A stretch of 64,000 nucleotides of DNA from an uncultured Eggerthella sp. (GCA_900538545.1 UPYK01000004.1:30098-94097), one strand, 5' to 3'. Shown: positions 51,241 through 61,677, numbered from the stretch's first letter. Numbers and translations: made by a program. Notes: a model not told the origin generated them from the letters alone.

Positions 51241-51571
51241 ACTGTTTGAAAACCTCCCAATAGTGGCATAGGGTTCGTGTCTCAGCGTAAGCTGTAGTTG
51301 ATACTAGCAGAAAACGGGGCATTTATACAGAACTTCAAGCCTTTAAGCCCTGATAAACTGCCCTTCACGCGCTTTACCATGCGCAAGTGAAGCCCCTAAA
51401 TCCCATGTTCAACGCCTTATTGCTCGTATATACGCGCAATTGTGAAGAATGTGCGCTTTCTGTATGTAGAAGGGTCCTGCGCGCGAACAAAAGCGGTCGA
51501 ATCTTGCGAGAGATCACACCCATCCAAATCGCGCGATACCGACACGAATGATCCTTCAGCTTGCTCATGCC
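51241..51571 (-). promoter_or_regulatory. ~330-nt 5' leader of the NlpC/P60 gene, candidate riboswitch or attenuator
   Basis: Long non-coding stretch with several G-rich blocks (AGGGGC, GAAGGGC, TCAGGGC, GCCCCG) and a GGGAGG RBS 12 nt before the start. The only ORF in it is a weak 64-aa frame. Confidence 0.3.
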
Positions 51572-53275
51572 TCACGCATCTTTGCGAGATGAAGCTACCT
51601 GCCTATCCTCATCCGTTGGCACCGCCCTATGGGGAGACACCGTACGCACAGAAGCCTTTTGCCCGCTTTCGCCCGCCGAAGCTTCCTCGTGCTTATCATG
51701 CTTGCGACGTTTCACCTCATGAGCGGCATGGGCCTGCAAGTTCGCATTATCCAGAATAGGCTCTTCATAGGTAACGCCCTTGCGCATCGCGATGTTCGCC
51801 TGGAAGAGCAAAAAGAGGAAGCCGATGATGCCCGCAAGAAGCGAAGCAGACAGGATCGCAACCTTCGCCACCAGAATCTGCCCTGGATCGGCATACGCGA
51901 GATTCGCCACGAAGATAGCCATGGTGAAACCAACACCACCGAGCAGCGCTGCGCCGAAGATGTGCGCCCAATTCACGTTATTGGGAAGCGAAGAGATCTT
52001 GAGCTTCACGATGAGGAAGCTGAAGAGGAAGATGCCGATAGGCTTGCCCAAGAGTAGGCCAGCAAAAACGCCTAAGAACACCGGGTCGGCCACGATGGCA
52101 CCAAAGCTCGTTCCGCCCAGTGCCACATCGGCATTCGTCAGGGCGAACAGCGGCAAGATCGCGAAATAGACCCAAGGGTAGAGCATGCGCTCCAAGCGCG
52201 TTGCAGGTGGCACCACTTCTTTCGCCACGCGCGCAAGGTGCGAAACCTCTTTCAGGTAGTCGGACTGACCGAGCACAGGAGCATCGGGCTGGAAGTTCGC
52301 GCGTATCTCTTTGAGCTGCTTGTTCGACCAACGTCCGAATGAGAGCAGGTCAACACGCGAGCCAGAGGGGATCGTGAAAGCGAGCAGCACGCCGGCGATA
52401 GTGGCATGCACGCCCGACATGAACACGCAATACCAAAGCACCACGCCCAACAGCACATAGGGCCAGAGCGAGTAGAAGTGCAGGCGATTGAGCGCGGTGA
52501 GCGCGCCCGACACGACAGGCGAAGCCAAAAGCCACAGCACCGAAGGCGCATGGCCGTAGAAGACCGCGATGACCACGATCGCGATGATGTCATCGGCTAC
52601 CGCGAGCGTTGAGAGGAACACGCGCACGCCCGCCGGCACGCGCGAACCGAGCAGCGCTAGGATGCCGAGCGCGAACGCGATATCGGTCGCTGTCGGGACG
52701 CCCCAACCGCCCAACGTTTCAGGGCTTCCCTGGTTGAACGCCACATAGAAGATAATCGGCACCGCAACGCCACCGATGGCAGCTCCCACCGGTAGGATGG
52801 CCTGGCGGATATTCGTGAGCTCGCCGACGGTCATCTCGTATTTGATCTCGAGGCCCACCAGCAAGAAGAACAAGCACATGAAGATATCGTTGATGATGTG
52901 CGCGAGCGACATCGAAGTGTTCGTGCTGCCGAACCCCAACGTTATCTCGGTATGCCAGAATTCCAAGAACGAGCCATATGCGGGCGAATTCGCTATAACG
53001 AGCGAGAGAATGGCGCCGAGCAGCATGAAACCCGCCGCTTTGGTCGTGGAGTGCGTGAATTCAAGCAGCTTCAAATAGCGGCGATGATGCCCAGAAACTT
53101 CCGAGATGAACGGGGTCTTGTTTCCTTGAGAGTTCTCCACGGTACATGCAGCGCCTGTGGCATGCGCGCCTTCTTCGCCAGTCGGCGATGCATTGACGCT
53201 TTCCTCAACAGAGGCACCGGTTTGCTGCTTCTCTGCCGCATCTGGGTTCTGTGCTGAAGCTTTATCGGTTGCCAT
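51572..53275 (-). CDS. nhaA: Na+/H+ antiporter NhaA with N- and C-terminal extensions
   Basis: NhaA core (FLLVGLEIKYEMTVGEL...) with ~12 TM helices, an ~80-aa N-terminal low-complexity segment and a ~70-aa C-terminal charged tail. Confidence 0.8.
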   Translation of the reverse strand: MATDKASAQNPDAAEKQQTGASVEESVNASPTGEEGAHATGAACTVENSQGNKTPFISEVSGHHRRYLKLLEFTHSTTKAAGFMLLGAILSLVIANSPAYGSFLEFWHTEITLGFGSTNTSMSLAHIINDIFMCLFFLLVGLEIKYEMTVGELTNIRQAILPVGAAIGGVAVPIIFYVAFNQGSPETLGGWGVPTATDIAFALGILALLGSRVPAGVRVFLSTLAVADDIIAIVVIAVFYGHAPSVLWLLASPVVSGALTALNRLHFYSLWPYVLLGVVLWYCVFMSGVHATIAGVLLAFTIPSGSRVDLLSFGRWSNKQLKEIRANFQPDAPVLGQSDYLKEVSHLARVAKEVVPPATRLERMLYPWVYFAILPLFALTNADVALGGTSFGAIVADPVFLGVFAGLLLGKPIGIFLFSFLIVKLKISSLPNNVNWAHIFGAALLGGVGFTMAIFVANLAYADPGQILVAKVAILSASLLAGIIGFLFLLFQANIAMRKGVTYEEPILDNANLQAHAAHEVKRRKHDKHEEASAGESGQKASVRTVSPHRAVPTDEDRQVASSRKDA

Positions 53276-53446
53276 CTTGTCCTTCTTTCATTTACCGTGC
53301 ACACAATTGTAAACCACCTAACAACCTGTCAACTTTTCGGTTGGGTTTCAATAATCGTTCACACAAGCCTTAAAAGATGCGTTAGACTAGCTAGTTGTAA
53401 AAGTGCATTTGAACGTGCGCTCTTTAGTAACGAAGGGAAAATGACT

Positions 53447-54010
53447 ATGGATATCACCGTCACCGGTCGCCGTATGAACGTCTCCGACGCTCTGCGCGAT
53501 TATGCGGAAGAAAAGATCGGCAATTCGATGAAAGCGATGGATATCGCACCGCTTTCCGCAGAAGTCGTTCTGCAAGTTGAAAAGAACCCCGCGAACCCCA
53601 CCCCGTGCACCTGCGAAGTTACCATGCACGCTAAGGGTCATATCATTCGCGTCGAAGAGAACGAAGAGAGCCTCTTCGCCGCCATCGACGTTGCAGCCGC
53701 TAAAGTGCTTCGTCAGCTGCGTAAATACAAGACGCGCGTGCTCAACAAGCGCCTGAACGCCGAACCGGTCAACAAGCAGGCGACCGACGTCGACTATGAT
53801 GCGCTCATGCAGGAACTGTCCGGTGAGGATGAAGAGATCGTACGCGTGAAGGAGCTGGAGCTCCTGCCGCTCACGGAAGAAGAAGCGCTCATCGAGATCG
53901 ACCTTTTAGGTCACGACTTCTTCGCCTATATCGACCGCGACACCAGCGCGGTGCACATTCTCTATCGTCGTTCGAATGGCGGTTACGGCCTGCTCAAGCA
54001 CCAGGCATAA
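53447..54010 (+). CDS. hpf: ribosome hibernation promoting factor (long HPF)
   Basis: N-terminal RaiA/HPF fold (DITVTGRRMNVSDALRDYAEEKI) plus a C-terminal dimerisation domain. Start taken at the second ATG (53447), which has better GAAGGG spacing than 53441. Confidence 0.85.
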   Translation: MDITVTGRRMNVSDALRDYAEEKIGNSMKAMDIAPLSAEVVLQVEKNPANPTPCTCEVTMHAKGHIIRVEENEESLFAAIDVAAAKVLRQLRKYKTRVLNKRLNAEPVNKQATDVDYDALMQELSGEDEEIVRVKELELLPLTEEEALIEIDLLGHDFFAYIDRDTSAVHILYRRSNGGYGLLKHQA

Positions 54011-54030
54011 GCGCTCGCGAACATACCTTA

Positions 54031-54071
54031 GAATAGAAAACGGCCCGGATCACCCGGGTCGTTTTCTATTC
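54031..54071. terminator. bidirectional terminator between hpf and the ABC ATPase gene
   Basis: 18-bp stem (GAATAGAAAACGGCCCGG...CCGGGTCGTTTTCTATTC, one G-T) flanked by A- and T-runs, between convergent genes. Confidence 0.5.
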
Positions 54072-54099
54072 TCTCCCTGTGATCGGCGAAGAGGGCTCG

Positions 54100-54933
54100 C
54101 TAGTCGGTCACAGCGTCGGATTCGTAGCGGGAGAGGAAGGCCTTGGTGCGGTTGTGCTGCGGGTGGTTGATCACTTGGTCAGGCGTGCCCTCTTCGACGA
54201 TCACACCCTTGTCCATGAAGATGATCTTGTCGGACACATCGCGCGCGAATGCCATCTCGTGCGTCACGATCACCATGGTCATATGCTCTTCGGCAAGCGC
54301 TCGGATGACCTTCAACACCTCTTGCGTGAGCTCAGGGTCGAGCGCAGAAGTGGGCTCGTCGAAGAAGAGGATATCGGGCTGAAGGCAAAGGGCGCGTGCG
54401 ATAGCCACACGCTGCTGCTGACCGCCAGAAAGCTCACACGGATACGCATCCTCACGGCCTTCAAGACCCATCTGCTTCAAAAGCGTACGGGCAAGCTTTT
54501 CGATCTCCGCCTTATCCTTCCCCTCGACGATAACGGGCGCTTCCATCACATTACGCAGTACTGAATAGTGCGGGAAGAGATTGAAATTCTGGAACACGAG
54601 GCCAAAGCGTTTGCGCGCTTCCTTGGCAACGTCCTTACCGCTATATACCGTTTTGCCAGATGCATTGTTTTCTGCAACCGTTAGATCGCCATAGCGCAGC
54701 GCGCCCGACTCGAACGTCTCGAGCAAGGTGCAGCAACGCAGAAGCGTAGACTTCCCTGAACCAGAAGGCCCGATGATCGAGACCACTTCACCCGGATGAA
54801 CCCCAAAAGAGATATCCTTGAGCACCATCGCATCGCCGAAGCTCTTCTCAAGGCTCTCAACAAGAAGCACCGCTTTTTCCTGCTCGCTCGCTAATTCCGT
54901 TACCTGCGGGGTCGCTTGATTCGTGTCAGTCAT
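54100..54933 (-). CDS. polar amino acid ABC transporter, ATP-binding protein
   Basis: Walker [13 protein letters not shown] signature [15 protein letters not shown], Walker [13 protein letters not shown]. Confidence 0.9.
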   Translation of the reverse strand: MTDTNQATPQVTELASEQEKAVLLVESLEKSFGDAMVLKDISFGVHPGEVVSIIGPSGSGKSTLLRCCTLLETFESGALRYGDLTVAENNASGKTVYSGKDVAKEARKRFGLVFQNFNLFPHYSVLRNVMEAPVIVEGKDKAEIEKLARTLLKQMGLEGREDAYPCELSGGQQQRVAIARALCLQPDILFFDEPTSALDPELTQEVLKVIRALAEEHMTMVIVTHEMAFARDVSDKIIFMDKGVIVEEGTPDQVINHPQHNRTKAFLSRYESDAVTD

Positions 54934-54951
54934 ACCATGTCCCCTTTTCGC

Positions 54952-55605
54952 TTAATCGTGATAGTAGGCCAGGCGCTTTTCGATGCGCGAAATGGCGAAC
55001 TCGACCACGAAGGTGAACACCCAATAGAACAGTGCCGCCACCACGAAAGCCGTGAGCGTACCTTGCGCTGAAACGATGGCGCGCGCCGTGGTGAACATCT
55101 CCGCTACACCGATCGTGAACGCCAACGACGTATCTTTAACGAGCACGATCACTTCATTGCCAAGCGCGGGCACGATACGCTTGAAGACCTGCGGGAAGAT
55201 GATGCGCAGAAACGTTTGCGCTTTGCTGTAACCCAAGATCTCGGCAGCTTCATATTGACCACGCGGAATGGACTGGATGCCACTACGGTAGATCTCAGCG
55301 AAATAGGCCGAATAGTTCATGATGAAGGCGACCGCGCAAGCACCGAACTTCCAATCCATCGAGAGCTGCACGCCGAAGATGTAATACGGCGCGAAGAAGA
55401 TGAACATGAGCTGCAGCATGAGCGGCGTACCGCGCATGATCGAGATGTAGAGACGGAACAGATACGAGATCGGGCGAAAACGGCTCATGCGCCCCAGCGC
55501 CACGAGCACGCCGAGCGGAAGTGCGCCGATCAGCGTGACGAAGAAGAGCTGCAACGTAACGAGAAAGCCCTCGCCCAGCATTCCAAGCATTGTGGTGAAT
55601 TCCAT
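54952..55605 (-). CDS. polar amino acid ABC transporter permease
   Basis: HisM/GlnP-type five-TM permease with an EAA-like loop (EAAEILGYSKAQTFLRIIFPQ). Confidence 0.85.
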   Translation of the reverse strand: MEFTTMLGMLGEGFLVTLQLFFVTLIGALPLGVLVALGRMSRFRPISYLFRLYISIMRGTPLMLQLMFIFFAPYYIFGVQLSMDWKFGACAVAFIMNYSAYFAEIYRSGIQSIPRGQYEAAEILGYSKAQTFLRIIFPQVFKRIVPALGNEVIVLVKDTSLAFTIGVAEMFTTARAIVSAQGTLTAFVVAALFYWVFTFVVEFAISRIEKRLAYYHD

Positions 55606-55742
55606 ATGCGAACCTTATCGAAAACGGACCGTTAAAAACAAAGAGCAAAGAGAAAAGCCCTGGAACTTCGATGGTCTCGCTACGAGGAGCATCGGGGCAT
55701 CCAGGGCTTTACATTCAGCGTGCCGCCACTAGGGGCGCAAGA

Positions 55743-56597
55743 TTATTTGAGCACCCACTTATCGATGGAGATCTCTTCAGGATAGTGAGAGACGATCTCT
55801 TCAACCTTGCCATCGTTGTAGAGTTCGATGAGCGCGGACTGGATCTTCTCGATCAGTTCGGTGTTGCCCTTCTTCGCGCCAACGCCATAGTTCTCAGAAG
55901 AAACTACTTCGTCGAGGATAACGTAGCCGTCTTTACCTGCGATCAGAGACTGTGCGGTGGGATAGTCGATCGCAACTGCGTCGCATGCGCCGCTTTCGAG
56001 CTGCATGAGCGCGGTCTGATATTCAGGAGCGGTTTCGAGCTTACCGAGCGTAGAACCGATGGTGTCGTAGTAATCGCCACCCTCAGCGAGGTTGTCGTAA
56101 GCAGGTGAGTTGACCTGTGCGACTACGGTCTTGCCCGCAAGATCGGAAAGGCCCTTGATGTCGGAACCTTCACGAACAAGAATGACCTGGTCGTTCAGGT
56201 AGTACGGATCGGTGAACTCATAGGTGTCCTCGCGGCCTTCGATGGTGAAGCCATTCCAGATGACGTCGATCGTGCCGGAATCGATCTGAGCATCCTTGGT
56301 GTCCCAATCGATGGGGGTAAGCTCGATCTCCCAGCCGTTCTTTTCAGCAACTGCCTTGGCGAGCTCCAGGTCGAAGCCAGTGTATTCACCGTTATCGTCC
56401 TTATAGCCGAAGGGCTTGAAGGTCTCGTCGAAACCGACCACGAACTTGCCGTCTTCACCCAAGTACTCCGGAGCTTCGCTCGAAGACTTAGACTCGTTGG
56501 ACGAGCAACCTGTCATGAGACCAGCCGACAGGCAGATCGCAAACACTGCTGCGAAAAAACACAGTAATAGCTTTTTCATGTTTACCGCTTTGCTCAT
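55743..56597 (-). CDS. amino acid ABC transporter substrate-binding lipoprotein
   Basis: Lipobox (LSAGLMTGC) and a type-2 periplasmic binding fold (family 3 SBP). Start at 56597 supported by an AAGAGG RBS. Confidence 0.8.
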   Translation of the reverse strand: MSKAVNMKKLLLCFFAAVFAICLSAGLMTGCSSNESKSSSEAPEYLGEDGKFVVGFDETFKPFGYKDDNGEYTGFDLELAKAVAEKNGWEIELTPIDWDTKDAQIDSGTIDVIWNGFTIEGREDTYEFTDPYYLNDQVILVREGSDIKGLSDLAGKTVVAQVNSPAYDNLAEGGDYYDTIGSTLGKLETAPEYQTALMQLESGACDAVAIDYPTAQSLIAGKDGYVILDEVVSSENYGVGAKKGNTELIEKIQSALIELYNDGKVEEIVSHYPEEISIDKWVLK

Positions 56598-56694
56598 ATT
56601 TACCTCTTTGCTATAGATTTTCTACACTTATATCTGAAGGGTCGCACGATGCGCCCATCGGATATGCCACTTTAGCACTATGGAGCGTTAAAGC

Positions 56695-57378
56695 ATGACT
56701 ACTATAGCACGGAACACCGCGCGGGAAACGAGAATTCGACTGGCCTGCCCAGCTGATGCGGCGGCGGTTTGTGCTATCTATGCTCCCTATGTGCGCGATA
56801 CCGCAACCACCTTCGATCTCGAACCGCCCACCGTCGAAGAAATGGAGCAGAAGATCGCCACCATCTTGGAAGAGCGCCCGTTCTTGGTGGCGGAGATCGA
56901 ACGCGCCGATGCCAACACTGCGTCCACTACTTCTCGCGTTGAGACCTGCGATGACGAAACCTTCGCGGTTATCGGCTACTCCTATGCTTCGGCATTCAGG
57001 CCGCGCAAAGCCTACCTTCATTCGATCGAGACTTCGGTCTATCTTGCGCCTGAAGCGAAAGGCCACGGTCTGGGAACCAGGCTCTACGGCGCACTTGAGA
57101 GCATCCTGCGCCTTCAGAATGTGTACAACGCGAACGCTTGCGTCACCTATACCGAACCTGCCGATGAAACGTGCCCTTCCACGAGCCGCATCTTCCACGA
57201 ACGAAGGGGCTACGTTCAGTGTGCGCACATCCCGAACTGCGGGCACAAGTTCGGTCGCTGGTACGATATTCTCTGGCTGCAAAAGCAGCTCATCCCGCTC
57301 TCGCAAGAACCTGAAGAATTCATTCCGTTGCCGCAGGTGGACAAAGAGGCGATCACAGCGATCCTTGAGAAGGCCTGA
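56695..57378 (+). CDS. GNAT-family N-acetyltransferase
   Basis: Acetyl-CoA binding motif region (LAPEAKGHGLGTRLYGALE) and the GNAT fold size. Confidence 0.7.
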   Translation: MTTIARNTARETRIRLACPADAAAVCAIYAPYVRDTATTFDLEPPTVEEMEQKIATILEERPFLVAEIERADANTASTTSRVETCDDETFAVIGYSYASAFRPRKAYLHSIETSVYLAPEAKGHGLGTRLYGALESILRLQNVYNANACVTYTEPADETCPSTSRIFHERRGYVQCAHIPNCGHKFGRWYDILWLQKQLIPLSQEPEEFIPLPQVDKEAITAILEKA

Positions 57379-57444
57379 TTTTCGCATGATCTTCCTGTTG
57401 CGCAGGCGCTGCGGGTGCGAGTTATTGAGCGTGCCCACCCTGGG

Positions 57445-58833
57445 CTAGCGCACGCGCACGAGCGCGATAACGAACAGGGCAAGCGCAAACACGCCCGAAA
57501 GACCGAGCGCCAGCTGGAAGCCAAACAGAAGCGAGCCGAACGTCTGCGTGCCCAGCGTGATCGAAAACACCATGAGCGCTGTTCCCATTGAAGCGACCGC
57601 TTGGCGCACCGCCGTAGAAAACGATGATGCGTCGGTCATCCTGTTAGGCGCAAGCTCTTCCATGCTCCAAGAAGTAAGCGGGCTCACCAGACCCGATACG
57701 CCGCACGCGCGAATCCCCTGCAGCAGCAAGATGAGCCAAAACGGCGTTGAGGCGTCCATGAACGCCATCGCCACCGAGCCAAGCGCAAGACAAGCTCCGA
57801 AGAACACGATGACCGGACGCGCATGAAAGCGGTCGGTAAGATAGCCGGCAAGCGGATTGATGAAGAGCGCCGCGATGGTGCCCGGCAACAGCACCAAACC
57901 TGCTTCGAGCGCTGTTCCTCCCCATATGTTCTCGATGAACAGCGGCACGATGAGCGTGATGCCCATGAAGCTCGCGTAAAGGAAGTTCGACGCCCAGAAT
58001 CCCACCACGAATTGCTTTGATGCGAATATATCCATGTTGATGAGCGGATCGTCGATGCGTTTTTGTCTCCTGATGAAGAAAACGAGCGCAACCACGCCAA
58101 TAAGGATCGGTGCCCAGATCGACAGCAGCGCTGCGCCTGCATCTGAAGCGTTCGAAAAGCCGAGCAGCAAGAAGCCAAATCCAAGTGCCGAAAGGATAAC
58201 TGAGACCATGTCGAGCGTAGCCGTGCGCTTGATGCGCGGCGATCGCACGATGAAGACACATGCACAAACTATGAGCACGATCATGCAGATGGCAAGGATC
58301 ACGAACAAACTGCGCCAGCCCGACGCGGTGACAAGGTAGCCACCTATGGTCGGACCGATGTTCGGCGCAAAGCCCATGGCGATGCCTGCAACGCCCATGA
58401 CCGTTGCGCGCTTGTTCGGCGGAAACGAGGTCATGATGATGCTCATCATCATCGGCATGAGAATACCCGCAGAAACAGCCTGGAGCGCACGCCCTATTAG
58501 CAGCAAGACAAACGACGGCGCGAACATATCAACGATGCAGCCAAAGGCAAAAAGGCAAAGGGAGAAGATCGTGAGCCTTTTGAGCGCGAAACGTCGCATG
58601 AGATAGGTGACCACAGGGACCGTGATGCCGATCACGAGCATGTAGAGTGTGGTGACCCACTGGCCGAGCGCCATATCGACCTTGAAGTCTGCCGCGATGC
58701 CGCCGAACATCGCGTTCATTGCGGTTTGGGAAAGGTTGCCCAGCGCCGAACCCAAGATGATGATAACGACCGGAATGACAACCTGAGCACTCACGTGCTC
58801 TCTTGGTGCCTTGATAGGTGTGTCGGTCATCAT
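57445..58833 (-). CDS. MFS transporter (DHA2-like, 14-TM drug/H+ antiporter type)
   Basis: 462 aa with ~14 TM helices. The MFS motif A region reads GRALQAVSAG. Confidence 0.8.
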   Translation of the reverse strand: MMTDTPIKAPREHVSAQVVIPVVIIILGSALGNLSQTAMNAMFGGIAADFKVDMALGQWVTTLYMLVIGITVPVVTYLMRRFALKRLTIFSLCLFAFGCIVDMFAPSFVLLLIGRALQAVSAGILMPMMMSIIMTSFPPNKRATVMGVAGIAMGFAPNIGPTIGGYLVTASGWRSLFVILAICMIVLIVCACVFIVRSPRIKRTATLDMVSVILSALGFGFLLLGFSNASDAGAALLSIWAPILIGVVALVFFIRRQKRIDDPLINMDIFASKQFVVGFWASNFLYASFMGITLIVPLFIENIWGGTALEAGLVLLPGTIAALFINPLAGYLTDRFHARPVIVFFGACLALGSVAMAFMDASTPFWLILLLQGIRACGVSGLVSPLTSWSMEELAPNRMTDASSFSTAVRQAVASMGTALMVFSITLGTQTFGSLLFGFQLALGLSGVFALALFVIALVRVR

Positions 58834-58869
58834 ATCTCCCTGTGTTCGCTTCTTCCCCTTCTATCTTAG

Positions 58870-58960
58870 CGCATTGAAAAAATGCCTGTTCAATAGGGTA
58901 TTGAAGAAGATGAGCGCATTTCACGCCCTTGAGGAAATGCAACTATAATTCCTGTTCAAT
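58870..58960. promoter_or_regulatory. divergent promoter region with palindromic operator candidates
   Basis: Perfect palindrome TTCAATAgggTATTGAA at 58889..58905, extra ATTGAA/TTCAAT half-sites at 58873 and 58935, and a second palindrome CTTTTTgtagAAAAAG at 58944..58959. Confidence 0.35.
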
Positions 58961-59123
58961 GGGCTTTTTGTAGAAAAAGCTACGAAATCATTACAAAATT
59001 TCTCTCATTGTTTTCAAGCTGATACATAACCTTACACTGGACACTCCTGACAATCATAGAAACTCCTAAAATAGGTGTGTCCTGCGCGCGGAGGCGCATC
59101 GTTTTAACGAGCTGCTCCTACTA

Positions 59124-59552
59124 ATGAAAGCTGCATCCATGCTCTATCGCGAACGCATGAGTCAAGCGAACAAAGAAGCGAAGGTCACGCTTTTGGGCGT
59201 GGCTATCGTGATCGTATGCTGGCTTCTCTTCGGCTTCGGCTTATACGGCGTCGATATCAAGATATTCTCCACGCCGCTATGGATCGTGATGGGCTGCTTG
59301 GGCACATGGATCGTAGCGATGATCGTGAGCATCATCCTGGCAACGAAGGTTATCGAAGACTGCCCGCTCGACGAAGACGACTTTGGCAGAAAATACCAGA
59401 TCAGCGATGAAACCCCTGTACAGGTCACCCCTATGACGATTGATCAGGATCTTATCAAGACCATCGAGAAGACCTCGGTCACCCCACGAAAACCCATCAG
59501 CAATACCCCACATCGCTCGGGCGAACGCCGTAACGAAAAAGAGGCGCGATGA
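59124..59552 (+). CDS. small membrane protein, DUF997/YhdT-like
   Basis: Two TM helices. Stop overlaps the downstream SSS transporter start (ATGA), mirroring yhdT-panF arrangements. Confidence 0.5.
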   Translation: MKAASMLYRERMSQANKEAKVTLLGVAIVIVCWLLFGFGLYGVDIKIFSTPLWIVMGCLGTWIVAMIVSIILATKVIEDCPLDEDDFGRKYQISDETPVQVTPMTIDQDLIKTIEKTSVTPRKPISNTPHRSGERRNEKEAR

Positions 59553-61138
59553 CCTCGTTAACGCTGATCCCTCTTCTTGTCTTTCTTTTTGCCTGCCTTA
59601 TCGTCGCCTTCCTCATCAGGAAGCACACGCCAGGGGAAAACTTCGAACGCGAATATTTCGTAGCAGGGCGCAGGCTCGGCCCGATTGTGCTCGTCATGAC
59701 CACGATCGCCACGTTCGGCTCTATCACCGCTTTCGTAGGCATGCCTGGTCAAGCCTGGGAATACGGCTTTGGATGGGTATATTTGGCCGGTGCGCAGGTC
59801 GTTTCGCTCATACTGCTCTTCGGTGTGATGGGTAAGAAGCTCGCGCTCATCGCACGCCGCATCCACGCCGTCTCCATTATCGACATCATCAATGCGCGTT
59901 TCCGTTCGAGCATCCTCACGCTCATCCTTTCCTGCGCACTCGTCGTCTTCTTCACCGCGCTCATCGTTGCACAGCTCGTTGGGGCCGCAAAGATACTCGT
60001 TGCGGTAACGAATTACGACTACAGCGTTGGGCTCATCCTCATCACCGCAACTACCGCTATCTATACCGTCATCGGAGGTTTTCGCGGGGTGGCGATCACG
60101 GATACCATCTGCGGCATCGTCATGATCGTGAGTGCGTTGTTCTTAGGGTTCGGCATCATGAACACTGGTGGCGGATATGAGAACATCATGCAGACCATCG
60201 CCGTACAAAAGCCTGAGATGTTCGATATCTTCGCAGGCGGGGAAATGCCCATTGGGCTCTTCGTTACGCAATGGCTCATCTTGGGACTGCTCGTATTCGC
60301 GATGCCCCAGGTAGCGGTTCGCTGCTTGAGCTACAAAAGCACGAGAAGCCTCCGTCACGCACTCTGGATCGGCACCCTTATCGTAGGGCTCTTGCTAGTG
60401 GGGCTCACTGCGCTTGGCGCGCTTTCATATGGTGTTTTCCCTGATCTGCTGAACGAACATGGCGGCACCATCGATGACGTAGTTCCGCTCATGCTCGCCC
60501 AGGCGTTCCCCTCTTGGGCGGTGGATATCATCATCCTCGGTCCTATTGCTGCTGCGATCTCGACCGTTTCCACCCTCCTGATCAGCTCTTCGGTCAATAT
60601 CATCCAGGGCATCTACGCCAATTCTGCGCTTCGCCAGCGCAAGGCTCCCGAGCACGATCGCGTCCGTTTCGTTTCGCAGGCGTCTTCGATCCTCCTTTCG
60701 GTCGTTGCGCTCATCGTTGCTCTCACGCCACCTGACCTCATCTGGCGCATGAGCATGTATGTGTTCGGCGGCATCGAGGTAGCTAGCTGCTGGATCTTGG
60801 TGCTGGGATTGTTCTGGCATCGTGCGAATAAAGTCGGAGCCGTTGCTGGCCTCGCATCGGGCCTTGCCACCTATTTTCTTCTCGGCATCTTCGAAGTGAA
60901 CATCTTCAGCGAATTCGATGCCGTTATCTTCGCGCTCATCGTTTCGCTCGTGTTCATGGTTGCTGGCTCGCTCTTCTTCTATGTAAAACGTGATGCTCGC
61001 ATGCTCGAAGTGTTCTTCCCTGAACGCACGCCCTCAACTACGGCAGCAGTCTATGAGTTCGAAAGCGACACGCCTTCTTCGGGCAGGCCTCTCACGAACG
61101 AACGCGTTGGTTCCTCTTCTTCGAAGCGAGCCAGGTGA
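59549..61138 (+). CDS. sodium:solute symporter (SSS family, PanF/PutP-like)
   Basis: 529 aa with ~13 TM helices and SSS-family conserved blocks (GRRLGPIVLVMTTIATFGS, YTVIGGFRGVAITD). Confidence 0.85.
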   Translation: MTSLTLIPLLVFLFACLIVAFLIRKHTPGENFEREYFVAGRRLGPIVLVMTTIATFGSITAFVGMPGQAWEYGFGWVYLAGAQVVSLILLFGVMGKKLALIARRIHAVSIIDIINARFRSSILTLILSCALVVFFTALIVAQLVGAAKILVAVTNYDYSVGLILITATTAIYTVIGGFRGVAITDTICGIVMIVSALFLGFGIMNTGGGYENIMQTIAVQKPEMFDIFAGGEMPIGLFVTQWLILGLLVFAMPQVAVRCLSYKSTRSLRHALWIGTLIVGLLLVGLTALGALSYGVFPDLLNEHGGTIDDVVPLMLAQAFPSWAVDIIILGPIAAAISTVSTLLISSSVNIIQGIYANSALRQRKAPEHDRVRFVSQASSILLSVVALIVALTPPDLIWRMSMYVFGGIEVASCWILVLGLFWHRANKVGAVAGLASGLATYFLLGIFEVNIFSEFDAVIFALIVSLVFMVAGSLFFYVKRDARMLEVFFPERTPSTTAAVYEFESDTPSSGRPLTNERVGSSSSKRAR

Positions 61139-61620
61139 TGAAGCGCGCCCCTTCTACAAAATTCACGGTCTTGAGCTGGGCATGCGTTGCGGCAGTTGCA
61201 ATTCTCATCTTTTGTATGAGCGCCAAAACAGGCGATGCGCTCGATCATGATTCTGGCATCATCAGCTTCCTGCTCGAAGCCCTTCGCTCAGCAGCGAACG
61301 CGCTCTTTGGCCATCCGATCGATGTGTCGCCCGTGGGGCATTTCGCCGAGTTCTTTCTGCTGGGGCTCGCACTCATGAACGCCCTGCGCCTGCGCTTCAC
61401 CCTGCCTAAGGCGTGCGTGTTCTCCACGATCATCGCAAGTCTCTACGGAGCGAGCGACGAATTTCACCAGATCTTCGTCCCTGCTCGCACGTGCGATCCC
61501 GCTGATTGGCTCGTGGACACCGTCGCTGCACTTCTCGGCGCGTTGCTCTTTTGGGTGATCTTCACAATATGGCAAAAGCACCGCGATTCGCAGGCCAACC
61601 ACTCTGCGCATTCCCTATAA
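61138..61620 (+). CDS. VanZ-family membrane protein
   Basis: 4 TM helices and ~160 aa. Start overlaps the stop of the upstream symporter gene. Confidence 0.55.
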   Translation: MKRAPSTKFTVLSWACVAAVAILIFCMSAKTGDALDHDSGIISFLLEALRSAANALFGHPIDVSPVGHFAEFFLLGLALMNALRLRFTLPKACVFSTIIASLYGASDEFHQIFVPARTCDPADWLVDTVAALLGALLFWVIFTIWQKHRDSQANHSAHSL

Positions 61621-61677
61621 TGAAACAAGGCGAACACATTCGCCGCATTCATGTGCTTATTCGTTTGAGGAGTTATC

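Noticed and set aside
51374-51568. 64-aa ORF within the NlpC/P60 leader
   Set aside because: It has no RBS and odd composition. It is more likely non-coding leader RNA.
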